A DNA stretch of 38,035 bases, from positions 1 through 38,035 of the forward strand of contig JAYUXG010000610.1 of NCBI GenBank assembly GCA_043753125.1, written 5' to 3'. Made by a program: the position numbers and the translations under genes. The notes below the pieces were generated by a model. It did no database searches. It was not told the DNA's origin and saw only the letters and a list, made by a program, of their open reading frames with translations. This document shows, in pieces, positions 18,301-26,260 of this stretch; within the stretch, counting starts at the first letter, position 1, and each line of letters begins with the position of its first letter. Origin of the DNA: Saprospirales bacterium. GTDB lineage: Bacteria; Bacteroidota; Bacteroidia; Chitinophagales; Saprospiraceae.

Positions 18301-18690
18301 ACCACGCAGAACAACAGCTACTCGACTATGGACCAAACGCCAGTGAGCGGCATGAATTTCTACCGCATCAAGCGCAGCAACGACAACGGGGTAGAGGCTT
18401 TTTCCAAAGCCGTCTCCTTGGAATTGAAACTGGAAGGCGAGCAAGCCTTGGTAATTGCGCCCAACCCGGTAAACGACAAGTTGTACATCAAAAACGTAGC
18501 GCAATATGCTTCGGATGTCACCATCAAAATGTTCACAACACAGGGCAAATTGCTACAGACGAAGGTCATCAAGCAAGGCACCATGATGCAGGACAACATA
18601 GAGATGGGTGATATGCCACAGGGCATCTACATCGTGCGTGTCGATTTTGGTGACGGCACCACCAAGACCTTAAAAATTACGAAGTTCTAA
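15310..18690 (+). CDS. T9SS cargo: 9 SprB-type repeats, SdrD-B-like domain, Ig-like YQW domain, type-A C-terminal sorting domain
   Basis: Hydrophobic signal FGIIAAFVLLPLLAQAQ. Nine units of the form CxxxGSATxxxSGGTxPYxxxWxNGxTTxxxxNLxAGxYTVTVTDAxGCTA. VGDFVFYDVDQNGFQ...NGKYEF...GTYII matches the SdrD B-like fold. C-terminus is VIAPNPVNDKLYIKN...GIYIVRV. Confidence 0.85.
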   Translation: MGQTSTHHILRDGGCKFLFGIIAAFVLLPLLAQAQPVSATITTTNVTCFGLCNGSATVTASGGWAPYVYLWSNGSTSPTINGLCPGNYTVTVTDIDLGFTIVSTTITQPTQLGATVNVQQNQLCSVAPDGQASVTPFGGTPPYSYLWSTGATTPLINGLLAGNYSVTVTDANGCTVVASATLVLQPEGLWLVDVTTDVTCFGFNNGTIHIGVMTGTPPYTFQFSNGVTGSNPDLTNLGPGTYSVTVTDANGCTAQHTATVTQPPQLVIGMSMTNALCGLPGSATVAPSGGTPPYSVQWSTGSSNFTIQGSAGNYSVTVTDANACTATKTLTIGGTNTGLTVTVAPGNNAGCLAGGTATATASGGTGNYAYAWDNGQTTQTATNLSAGPHQVTVTDITTGCSGVGTVTISSSGTPTVTILVTTNATCLVGGTATVSATGGTSPYTFALNNGVIVGNLASNLTAGSYIVTVTDATGCTATATATVTQSQGPNVTVVANTSATCTAGGSATATATGGTGPYVFLFDNGQTTATATNLSPGVHTVTVTDAAGCSATGTVTITQVGTPTVIISASSGASCTTGGSVTVGVTGGTAPYTFLFSNGATTATVNNLSAGSYTVTVTDAAGCTATATLSIAAALLPNVVITASSNAKCDQPGSATATASGGTPPFTYRWDNGETTMTAVNLTAGVHTVTVTDAAGCTATASVNIGFAANGIRVGDFVFYDVDQNGFQSPLETGVPNVTVMLIRAGTDGIFGNADDVVVQTTTTNSNGKYEFACVTPGTYIIMFSSIPSGFQFTARNAVNNDCLDSDANALGKTDAFTVVAGQADNLCVDAGISTICIPLVNAGTICCDQMICEGMVPAALFGVLPPTGGSGAIQYQWMQFLALGPAPAEWVFIAGATGETYQPGALFETSFFQRCARRAGCVDYLESNIITITVKQAGTGGCPGFISSISALQQGPASVLVSWETLPENDDYMYTVEHSENQVVWNKLATVMGKHNTTQNNSYSTMDQTPVSGMNFYRIKRSNDNGVEAFSKAVSLELKLEGEQALVIAPNPVNDKLYIKNVAQYASDVTIKMFTTQGKLLQTKVIKQGTMMQDNIEMGDMPQGIYIVRVDFGDGTTKTLKITKF
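15421..17430 (+). repeat. coding tandem array of nine ~75-80-aa SprB repeats
   Basis: Periodicity is visible in the translation. Units 5-9 (about 16330-17430) are also recognisably similar at DNA level (recurring gtgaccgtgac(g/a)gatgc). Confidence 0.8.
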
Positions 18691-18720
18691 AACCTTCGTT
18701 TTTTAAGATATTTTGACTTG

Positions 18721-18755
18721 GCCCCGCTTCGGTTTGTCCGGAGCGGGGCTTTTTT
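18721..18755 (+). terminator. rho-independent terminator
   Basis: GCCCCGCTTCGG (18721-18732) pairs with CCGGAGCGGGGC (18738-18749), a 12-bp stem with one G-U. Loop is 5 nt, followed by TTTTTT (18750-18755). Lies 31 nt after the stop at 18690. Confidence 0.85.
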
Positions 18756-18840
18756 ATGGGCATTTTAGTAAGGAACGGGTAAAAAACAAGTGGCTCATAT
18801 TTCTTTCATACTGAAATAGGGTCTTAATGGTTGAATTTCT

Positions 18841-18904
18841 GAGGATGCGAGTATTTGATCAAATCACTTGATAATCAGGTAATTGATCAAATACCCGCAT
18901 CCTC
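18841..18904. repeat. 22-bp inverted repeat (21/22 match) with a 20-nt spacer
   Basis: GAGGATGCGAGTATTTGATCAA (18841-18862) versus TTGATCAAATACCCGCATCCTC (18883-18904). Lies between convergent genes. No flanking T-run on either strand. Confidence 0.85.
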
Positions 18905-18946
18905 AAATAATCAAAACAATTTAATTTACGGTGTACTCATTGACCG

Positions 18947-19789
18947 CTATTTTTTACCCAACAACAGCCCATACCACCACGCCCCAGCCTGCAAGGCCTC
19001 GTACTGACGGACGGAGGCTTCGGCATTGTGAAGCCGCACACTGCTCACCAAGCCCAGCCGATGGAGGAACCGACCGACCGGGAGCCAGCGGAGGCATAGT
19101 TCGTGCAGGTTGCGCAGCGAAGTCCGGACGTTGGGCGTCACATCTTTTAAAAAGGTGGCCTGGAACCCAGCGGCCAGTTGATGGACCCGGTGTTCGTCGG
19201 CAGTGTCCAGGTCTTGGATGGCCCAAGGGCGCAGCCAAGCGGCGAGCAACCCTTCCGACGGGACACTGACCGGGCGGGCGGCACGGATATATTCGGCCAT
19301 CACCAAGCGTCCGCCGGGTTTCAGCACCCGGTAGGCTTCCCGGTAGAAATCCAGTTTTTGATCGGCATGGCAAACGCTCTCGCAGGCCCATACCAAGTCA
19401 AAACTCTGGTCGGGGAAGGGCATTTGACAAAAATCGGCCTGCAAGAACCGGACGTTTGGGATGTTGTTTTTGGAGACAAATTTTTGATTGTCCATGATTT
19501 GACCGGCGACGATACTGATTCCGGTGACTATGGCCTGCCGGTGCTGCACCAGCCAAAAACTGGAATTGCCCCAACCACAACCGGCATCGAGGATGATTTC
19601 GCCCGGCTGGATTTCCGCCAGATCGGCCAGGGCGCGGTTGAGGTTGTGCAGCGCATCCGCGTGTTTGTCGGCGTGTTCATCGTAGTAGCCGAAGTGTACG
19701 GCACGGCTGCTACGGCTCCACATGGTGCGGTAGTCAAATTGGGTATGGTCGTAATACGTGTTTACGTCGGGCGATTGCGTAGGTTCCAT
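18947..19789 (-). CDS. class I SAM-dependent methyltransferase
   Basis: 280-aa ORF with motif I ILDAGCGWGNSS, the acidic post-I region, FDLVWACES and LKPGGRLV motifs. Substrate is not assignable. Confidence 0.75.
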   Translation of the reverse strand: MEPTQSPDVNTYYDHTQFDYRTMWSRSSRAVHFGYYDEHADKHADALHNLNRALADLAEIQPGEIILDAGCGWGNSSFWLVQHRQAIVTGISIVAGQIMDNQKFVSKNNIPNVRFLQADFCQMPFPDQSFDLVWACESVCHADQKLDFYREAYRVLKPGGRLVMAEYIRAARPVSVPSEGLLAAWLRPWAIQDLDTADEHRVHQLAAGFQATFLKDVTPNVRTSLRNLHELCLRWLPVGRFLHRLGLVSSVRLHNAEASVRQYEALQAGAWWYGLLLGKK

Positions 19790-19937
19790 GGCCGCAAGAT
19801 TCGGGAAAAACTTTGGCCCGTTGCAACATCAAGCGGTTTTACCACCGTTATCAAGTTGGGTATTGATGGGTGATTATTGGTTGATAGGACCACAAATAAC
19901 TGATTATTAATTGGTTACGCTAATTTTTAACCTACAC

Positions 19938-19945
19938 TAATTTTG
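19938..19945 (+). promoter_or_regulatory. candidate Bacteroidota -7 box (TAATTTTG)
   Basis: Matches the TAnnTTTG consensus 45 nt upstream of the ATG at 19990, in an AT-rich intergenic region. A six-fixed-base match is weak evidence on its own. Confidence 0.3.
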
Positions 19946-19989
19946 TCAAATTTCATTTTTTGTCGATTTCAAACACAGCACACTTTATC

Positions 19990-20472
19990 ATGCAAAAAAT
20001 AGTCGCTTTCCTCGCGCTTACCCTCGTCCTTTTGTTGCCAGCTAGCTGCGCCAGTTGGCAACAAAGCCGCTGGCTTCAGGACCACCAACAGCTCCAACGG
20101 CTAGCCAATGGCAACTTGCCGCCGGAACAAAAACTGGATGGCCTGCTCGCCGATTACGTCCAGTTTATGAAGGAGGACCTAAAATTCGTCAATCCGGTGA
20201 AAGGCGTGAAATACGTGCAGAAGTACCACGACCAAAACGAAGCGGCCATGGAGAAGATATTGCGGGAATCCGAGCAATGGCAAAACAAACTCAATACCCT
20301 GGACAAGGTGTCGCTGGGCGTCCGGGTGGTGCAAAAGCCTTATCTAAAAGACTTGGTGGATTTGGCTCCCAAGTTCAAGCAGAAATACAAACAGTACGCC
20401 TTTGCCGTGAAATTTGCCAGCCGTATCACGGGCGGGCTGACGCGCCTGGCCGGGAAGGAACTGGGTATGTGA
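19990..20472 (+). CDS. hypothetical lipoprotein
   Basis: ATG at 19990 gives MQKIVAFLALTLVLLLPASC (lipobox). The remainder is helical and Lys/Gln-rich with no recognised domain. Confidence 0.55.
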   Translation: MQKIVAFLALTLVLLLPASCASWQQSRWLQDHQQLQRLANGNLPPEQKLDGLLADYVQFMKEDLKFVNPVKGVKYVQKYHDQNEAAMEKILRESEQWQNKLNTLDKVSLGVRVVQKPYLKDLVDLAPKFKQKYKQYAFAVKFASRITGGLTRLAGKELGM

Positions 20473-20480
20473 AGGCAAGG

Positions 20481-20569
20481 AGCAATAGGCAATAAAAGGC
20501 AATAGGCAATTCGCAATAGGAAATGGAGAAGCATTTGGAAATCGCTTTTTTGCCTATTGGCTTATTGCC
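20481..20569. repeat. degenerate heptamer array GCAATAG x5 facing an inverted CTATTGG/CTTATTGCC array (REP-like hairpin)
   Basis: aGCAATAG GCAATAA aag GCAATAG GCAATTC GCAATAG g at 20481-20520. GGCAATAAAAGGCAATAGGCAA (20488-20509) is an imperfect reverse complement of TTGCCTATTGGCTTATTGCC (20550-20569). Lies between convergent genes and supplies the stop codon at 20562-20564. Confidence 0.7.
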
Positions 20570-21380
20570 GGGCCATACCGGGGCAGCGGATAGAACCAAA
20601 ATAGTAAAGGACGCCAATATTGAGCAGGGCATAGCTGTCGTTCTTTTTGCCGTTGCCACGTTGGCGGCCGGCCAAGCCGATCTTTGGTTCTACCGAGCGA
20701 TCGGCGAATTCGGCTGCGATGTCGCCCCGTTGCGAGCTGATATCGCGGCTATCGGCGTAGGAGCCACTGACATCATCAATGTAGTCGGAAAAGAGCTTGC
20801 GCGCACCCAACTCCAGGTTCAAGCTCCAACGGTAGGAAAGGTCCAATTTGAAACCGATGCCGTAGGCAATGGAGGCTTGCGCTGTGCTATACTCCTCGCC
20901 CCGAAACTGACCCTCGGTTCCGTACTGGCGCAGGTTATGCCATTGTCCGTTCAATTCCGCCTGCGGATTGGAATAGTAAAAGGAAGGGCCCAAGAATAAG
21001 TAAGGCGTGTAATAAAACTCTCGGTGCCCGTGGATGTAAGGCATGAAGTTGAATTCAAACTGTGCGGTGGCATCGGCGACCAGGCTCCGAAAGTGGAGGT
21101 TTCGCCGTTGTTCGTAGATGTTTTTGGAGTCGGCATCAGAAGCACTGATTTGGCCCATGTTTACCCCAAACTTCAGGCATAGCCGGTCATTGAAGTTGTA
21201 CCGCCCGCCTACACCGCCGGCCAGTTGGGTGTGGTCGAGCCGCCAGTCGGTATTGAGGTCGCCAAAATAATTGGCCGCACCAATCCAGGCACCGGCCTCC
21301 CAGCCACGCATTTGTCCGAACCCCATTTGACTGGTCAGTACCAAGCCGCCGAGCAGCACCCAAAGTCTAAGTTGTTGCAT
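20562..21380 (-). CDS. outer-membrane beta-barrel protein (DUF6089-like)
   Basis: ATG at 21380 gives the signal MQQLRLWVLLGGLVLTSQMGFGQ. Alternating-hydrophobic strands. AANYFGDLN, FEFNF, TEGQ and FSDYIDDVSG motifs recall the Bacteroidota DUF6089 family (from memory). Confidence 0.6.
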   Translation of the reverse strand: MQQLRLWVLLGGLVLTSQMGFGQMRGWEAGAWIGAANYFGDLNTDWRLDHTQLAGGVGGRYNFNDRLCLKFGVNMGQISASDADSKNIYEQRRNLHFRSLVADATAQFEFNFMPYIHGHREFYYTPYLFLGPSFYYSNPQAELNGQWHNLRQYGTEGQFRGEEYSTAQASIAYGIGFKLDLSYRWSLNLELGARKLFSDYIDDVSGSYADSRDISSQRGDIAAEFADRSVEPKIGLAGRQRGNGKKNDSYALLNIGVLYYFGSIRCPGMARQ

Positions 21381-21512
21381 ATCAATCGGTAGTAAAAGGC
21401 GCAAAAGTAGGGCAAATCGCCCAGTGATTGGTGGTCTGCGCCAGATTGCCCGGAAAACGCACCGGGGCCGAGCTGTGGTATGGACGACTTGGGTTTTAAA
21501 ATTGCCTACCAA

Positions 21513-22897
21513 TCAATCCAGTTTAAACCGGATCGGCAAAATCACCTCACAATCCACTTTTACCCCTTTTTCCTCGCTCGGTATCCAGTTGGGCATTAGT
21601 TCAATCGCCCGCTTAGCTTCTTCGGCAAATTCGTAGCGCAGCATAGTTCTGTCCGGCTTTTCGCCGATAGAGCGGAGCGTACCGTTAGTGCTGACCACAA
21701 AACGCATGACTAACGTTCCCTGCGCGCTGTCCGCCCGGGCTGCTGCCGGGTAGTGGATATTGGTGGCCAGAAACCGTAGTAAGGCCGCTTCTCCGCCGGG
21801 GAAAGTGGGTGGTTGTTCACAAGTCTTATACACCTGACGGCCCGTGCTTGGCTCTTGGTACGGACCTATATCGGTTCGGACCACGGACATGGTCTGTTGG
21901 TAAGTGTCGGGGTCGAAAGTAATGATCGTATCTATTCTCACCCAGTTCTTTGCTTCCAACTTTGCCCAATCCGCTGCGGATAACTGGTCAATATGGTCCA
22001 ATTGCTTGGCTTCTATCGTTTGGGCGATGGCCGGTGCCTGCCGAAACAGCAGCACAAAAAGTAAGCTAATCGGAACGAGCAGCCCATATTTCAAGGTGTT
22101 GGCGGGTGCGGATGCTTTTTTGGTCAACATGGTGAATCTTTGTTTGAGTGGTGACTGAAAAAAATGATGGACGAGGGCAACCGGCATTCCGGGCTGCGAT
22201 TACCGTATCAACAACAGGCCATATTGTTTCAAACTAATGCGACGCGATGCCTCCGCATCGGCCAAATATTCGTGTACACTGCGCAACGCCCGTCGGTACC
22301 AGTGTACCAGCGGATGAAACCAAAACACGATACACAGCAGCTCCATTGCCAACACGTCCGCACTGTGCCAGCCGTGGGCGTGGGCACGCTCGTGGGTCAG
22401 CATCGCCTCCAAGTCGCTGGCCCGTTCAGTGCTATTTATTTGAAAATCAAGGGGAACGAAGACCCATTTGAAAAAAGAGAAAGGTACCGCCGTCGCCGTG
22501 CTGCGCAGGAGCAGGCAACCATCGGGCAATACCTCTGCCTTGCCCCGCACTGCCATCCTTACCAACCGCAACAAAGCCCAGCAAAACCGCAGCAGCATAA
22601 AGCCAACGCCTGCCACATACACCCACCAGACAAAATAGCCGATGGCCCAAGTCTGGGCGGTGGCTTCCACCTGTTGCAAGCCCACGGTGAAAGTGGGTAA
22701 CAAAAGCGACGGCACTGCTTCCGCTGGCAAAGGTGGCAGCCACTGCATATCCATCGAGAGCAGTATGCCCAACACCACTGTGCCGAGCAGGTAGGCGCGG
22801 TTGGTGCGGAAGAAGGTCTCGCTACGCAGCAGTAACCCGTATAAGAGCGCGAAAAATCCCCAGCAAAGGGTGAGTTTGAGCAAAAGACCAGGGTCAT
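21513..22897 (-). pseudogene. BlaR1-like M56 peptidase / TonB C-terminal domain fusion gene interrupted by an in-frame TAA (and possibly a 5' frameshift)
   Basis: ORFs 22200-22883 (HExxH in THERAHAHGWH, EYLADA) and 21513-22187 (HHFFQSPLKQRFTML, TM segment, TonB_C-like PTFPGGEAALLRFL...GTLVMRFVV) are in the same frame (22883-22187=696). They are separated only by TAA at 22200-22202 plus 4 sense codons. The upstream part has only a TTG start. Confidence 0.6.
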
Positions 22898-23062
22898 CGG
22901 GGCAAATTGAGGGTTGAAAAGATTTGTATTGTCAATGGGATTTATGTTTTACTCCTCGTCAATGTCTTCAATTTGCCTTCCAATTCTTCTACGTCGTTCG
23001 TAGAAAAAATCAATGTACCTGCTTTATCAGACCGGAAATCAAATCCTCAAAAAATTACCAGT

Positions 23063-23428
23063 TTATTTCTCTTCCTTCTCTTCCAATTGCCGCAACAGGT
23101 CATCTAAGTCGGCCTTACTGAGTTGCTCTTCTTGGGCCAGGTGCGACACCAACCGGCTGACCGAACCGTCGAAATAGTCACGTACCACCTCGGTGAGCGA
23201 CCGCTGGCCGTAAGCGGCTTTTTCAATCAGTGGAAAATACTCATGCGTTTTGCCGTAGGCCTTGTGGCCCACAAAACCCTTCTTTTCCAAAATGCGCACC
23301 ACGCTCGAAACGGTACTGTGTGGCGGTCGCGGATCGTCCATTTTTTCGAGCAGGTCGCTTACCGTGCCGCGTTCGATCTCCCAGACGAGGTGCATAACTT
23401 CTTCCTCCGCTTTGGTCAGTTTTTGCAT
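23063..23428 (-). CDS. BlaI/MecI/CopY family transcriptional repressor
   Basis: 121 aa. LTKAEEEVMHLVWE...GTVSDLL...STVSSVVRILEKKGFV winged-helix signature. Lies upstream of the M56 gene on the same strand. Confidence 0.8.
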   Translation of the reverse strand: MQKLTKAEEEVMHLVWEIERGTVSDLLEKMDDPRPPHSTVSSVVRILEKKGFVGHKAYGKTHEYFPLIEKAAYGQRSLTEVVRDYFDGSVSRLVSHLAQEEQLSKADLDDLLRQLEEKEEK

Positions 23429-23490
23429 ATTGTGTGTGCCGGTTTGGCCGACTGATTTAGTCTATTAACAGAAAGGCGTTCCAAACAGCA

Positions 23491-23498
23491 CAAAGGTA
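23491..23498 (-). promoter_or_regulatory. candidate -7 box (TACCTTTG on the minus strand) for the blaI-like gene
   Basis: Plus strand caaaggta is TAccTTTG on the minus strand, 63 nt upstream of the ATG at 23428. Motif match only. Confidence 0.25.
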
Positions 23499-23538
23499 AA
23501 ACGCATTATTTAGCCATGCAACTATTTTTTAGGCTTTA

Positions 23539-23556
23539 TAACGTATTTTTACGTTA
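23539..23556. promoter_or_regulatory. perfect palindrome TAACGTA-N4-TACGTTA, candidate operator
   Basis: Read directly at 23539-23545 and 23550-23556, about 110 nt upstream of the repressor gene start. Confidence 0.3.
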
Positions 23557-23613
23557 ATATAATTAAAGCGTTGATCTTCAAGGCTACTTCAAAGGAGCCA
23601 AACCAAAGCCGCT

Positions 23614-24732
23614 TTACTTTTTCACCACTACGAACTCCACCCGCCGGTTTTGGGCCCGCCCTTCATCGGTATCGTTGGTGGCCACGGGTTTGCGTTCGCC
23701 CTCGCCGTGATAGCGCAAGCGACTCGTGGCAATCTTACTTTCCAGTAAAAAATCCACCACCGACTTGGAGCGGCGGCGCGATAGGTTCAGGTTGTAGGCG
23801 TCTCCCCCATGGTTATCAGTATGCCCCACAATCTCGATCGCCAGTTGGGGGTTGTCCCGCAGAATGGCCAGCAGTTTGTTCAACTCTACAAACGAGCGCG
23901 GCATGAGTTCGTCCTTGTTGAACTCGAAGTAGATGTTCTTAAGCCGGATGATCTGACCCGGCTCAAAGGTCTGACGGGTAAGATCATCGGCTTTCACCGG
24001 CACCGTCAGGTAGGGGGGCGATTTGCGCACGACCACGTCGTCAATATAATAATAGGCGTAGTTGAAACAGTCGTCGCGGTAAGCCACGTTGAGGGTGCTG
24101 GCATCATCGCGAAAATTGCCGATCAGCAGGTATTCGGCCTCGTTGGCGGCCTTGCAATAGCCGCTTACTTTCACCCACTGGCCTCCCGGGGCTACCACCA
24201 CTTCTTTAGCACTTATATGCGGCTCAGTCACAATCGGCTCGTCCGTTTTGTTTTCGATGCGTCTTTCTGCAAACAAAGCTCCGATATTGTTGATTTGCAG
24301 GGACTTCTCCAGATGCGTTACCCAAAATTCCACGTAGTAGGTCTGGCCAGTCACCAAAGGTTCGGCCAGTTGGATCTCGACGAATTCGCGGCAGTGCGGC
24401 TTGCCGTTCGTACAGCCAAACATCGTCAGCCCGGCCATCGCCTTGCCGCCGTGGGGCCGAGCCTCGCCAAACCCTTTTTCCGCCCAATCGCGGGGAACCT
24501 TTACGCCCGGTCCGTACACGTCGGGGCTGGCCGTGGTGGCACTGAACCAGTACTTGACCACTTGCGCAAAGTAGGCCCCCCGGTAAGACCAGCCTACCGG
24601 CGGACCGGCGTATCGTTCAAAACCCGGATTTGGCACAATATTGGCAACGTCCGCCGCTTCTTTTTGCGCGGAGGAAACCGGGATAAAAGCACAGAGGAAC
24701 AACAGGAAAGTTGGCAAAAAATACTTTTTCAT
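23614..24732 (-). CDS. OmpA-family protein with an N-terminal jelly-roll-like domain
   Basis: ATG at 24732 gives the signal MKKYFLPTFLLFLCAFIPVSSAQ. The C-terminus IEIVGHTDNHGGDAYNLNLSRRRSKSV...NRRVEFVV is the OmpA peptidoglycan-binding signature. Confidence 0.8.
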   Translation of the reverse strand: MKKYFLPTFLLFLCAFIPVSSAQKEAADVANIVPNPGFERYAGPPVGWSYRGAYFAQVVKYWFSATTASPDVYGPGVKVPRDWAEKGFGEARPHGGKAMAGLTMFGCTNGKPHCREFVEIQLAEPLVTGQTYYVEFWVTHLEKSLQINNIGALFAERRIENKTDEPIVTEPHISAKEVVVAPGGQWVKVSGYCKAANEAEYLLIGNFRDDASTLNVAYRDDCFNYAYYYIDDVVVRKSPPYLTVPVKADDLTRQTFEPGQIIRLKNIYFEFNKDELMPRSFVELNKLLAILRDNPQLAIEIVGHTDNHGGDAYNLNLSRRRSKSVVDFLLESKIATSRLRYHGEGERKPVATNDTDEGRAQNRRVEFVVVKK

Positions 24733-24863
24733 TGTAATCGGGCGACAAGCTTCAAGATTCGACCAAAAGTAGGGGGTTTGGGCCAAATTATATTTCAGTT
24801 GTCCCCCTTTGACAAGGCTATAAGAAAAATTCTGTTTGGCAAGACTGAATTTAACCAGTCTTC

Positions 24864-24871
24864 TATCTTTG
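24864..24871 (+). promoter_or_regulatory. candidate -7 box (TATCTTTG) for ugd
   Basis: TAnnTTTG match 28 nt upstream of the ATG at 24899, in the divergent intergenic region. Motif match only. Confidence 0.3.
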
Positions 24872-24898
24872 CGCGCTTTAATAAAATTAATCTGAGAC

Positions 24899-26260
24899 AT
24901 GAATATCGCCGTCGTTGGTACGGGTTACGTTGGTTTAGTAACTGGTACTTGTTTTGCCGAAACGGGCAACAATGTTATTTGCGTGGATATCAACGCGCAA
25001 AAAGTGGAACGCCTGAGAAACGGGCAGATTCCCATCTATGAACCGGGGCTGGATGTGCTGTTCGAGCGCAACACTAAGGAAGGCCGCCTGCATTTCACCA
25101 CCGACCTGCGCGAAGCCGTAGAGCCGAGCCAGATTGTCTTTCTGGCCCTGCCCACGCCGCCCGGCGAAGATGGGAGTGCTGATCTTTCGTACATCATGGG
25201 TGCCGCGCGTGACCTGAGTGAGATCATCACGGATTACAAAGTCATCATCGACAAGAGCACTGTGCCAGTGGGTACGGCAGAGCAGGTGGCCGCCATCCTT
25301 GCCAGCAAATTGCCCAAGAAATTGTTCGACGTGGTGTCCAACCCCGAGTTTCTGCGGGAAGGAGTAGCCGTGGAGGACTTTCTCAAGCCCGACCGGGTGG
25401 TGATAGGTACCCGCAGCGAAAAAGCCCGCAAAGTGATGAAGCAGCTGTATGAGCCGTTTGTGCGGCAGGGCAACCCCATCTACTTCATGGACGAGCGTTC
25501 GGCGGAAATGACCAAGTACGCCGCCAACTCCTATTTGGCAGCCCGCATTTCCTTCATGAACGAGATCGCCAACCTCTGCGAAAAACTGGGTGCCAATGTG
25601 GATATGGTGCGCATCGGCATGGGCAGCGACAGCCGGATTGGCAAGCGTTTCCTGTTTCCTGGCATTGGCTACGGTGGCTCCTGCTTCCCAAAGGACGTGC
25701 AGGCACTGGCCAAAACGGCGGGGAGCTATGGCTACGATTTCAAGATATTGAAGTCCGTAATGAAGGTCAATACCCTGCAAAAGGGCATTTTGACCAAAAA
25801 AATCCGTCGTTTTTACAAGAATGACTTGGCGGGCAAGACGGTTGCCGTCTGGGGCCTGGCCTTCAAACCCAACACAGACGACATCCGGGAGTCACCAGCT
25901 TTGGTCATCATTGATGAGCTGCTGGCCCTAGGGGCCAAAGTGCAAGCCTTTGATCCGGAGGCTGCCAACAATGTGCGCGCCATCTATGGCGACCGTATTG
26001 CGCTGGTGGACACGATGTACGCAGCACTCGAAAGCGCGGATTGCCTGTGCATCCTGACGGAATGGAGCGAATTCCGCACGCCCGATTTCGAACGTATCCA
26101 ATCCCTGCTGCAAGAAGCAGTCATCTTTGACGGCCGCAATCTGTATGATGTGGACCAGATGAAAACATCAGGCTTTCACTACCAAAGTATTGGGCGGCCC
26201 AAGGTGCGGGGGAAAGTGACCAATAAGCAAATAGGCAATGAGCAAACAAGCAAGCAATAA
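24899..26260 (+). CDS. ugd: UDP-glucose 6-dehydrogenase
   Basis: MNIAVVGTGYVGLVTG Rossmann N-terminus, NPEFLREG and the catalytic-Cys motif GYGGSCFPKD. Full-length similarity to Ugd. The last ~15 aa (KVTNKQIGNEQTSKQ) are encoded by the downstream repeat element. Confidence 0.9.
   Translation: MNIAVVGTGYVGLVTGTCFAETGNNVICVDINAQKVERLRNGQIPIYEPGLDVLFERNTKEGRLHFTTDLREAVEPSQIVFLALPTPPGEDGSADLSYIMGAARDLSEIITDYKVIIDKSTVPVGTAEQVAAILASKLPKKLFDVVSNPEFLREGVAVEDFLKPDRVVIGTRSEKARKVMKQLYEPFVRQGNPIYFMDERSAEMTKYAANSYLAARISFMNEIANLCEKLGANVDMVRIGMGSDSRIGKRFLFPGIGYGGSCFPKDVQALAKTAGSYGYDFKILKSVMKVNTLQKGILTKKIRRFYKNDLAGKTVAVWGLAFKPNTDDIRESPALVIIDELLALGAKVQAFDPEAANNVRAIYGDRIALVDTMYAALESADCLCILTEWSEFRTPDFERIQSLLQEAVIFDGRNLYDVDQMKTSGFHYQSIGRPKVRGKVTNKQIGNEQTSKQ

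Noticed and set aside
22898-23062. Possible small gene or sRNA in the 165-bp gap between the blaI-like and M56 genes
   Set aside because: There is no ORF with a start and sensible length, and no obvious hairpin. The gap is more simply explained by decay of the 5' end of the M56 gene.
23809-25041. 410-aa plus-strand ORF overlapping the OmpA-like gene and the ugd start
   Set aside because: It is antisense to a gene with clear OmpA motifs and runs across the divergent promoter region into ugd in a different frame. No motifs were recognised. It is a GC-driven shadow ORF.
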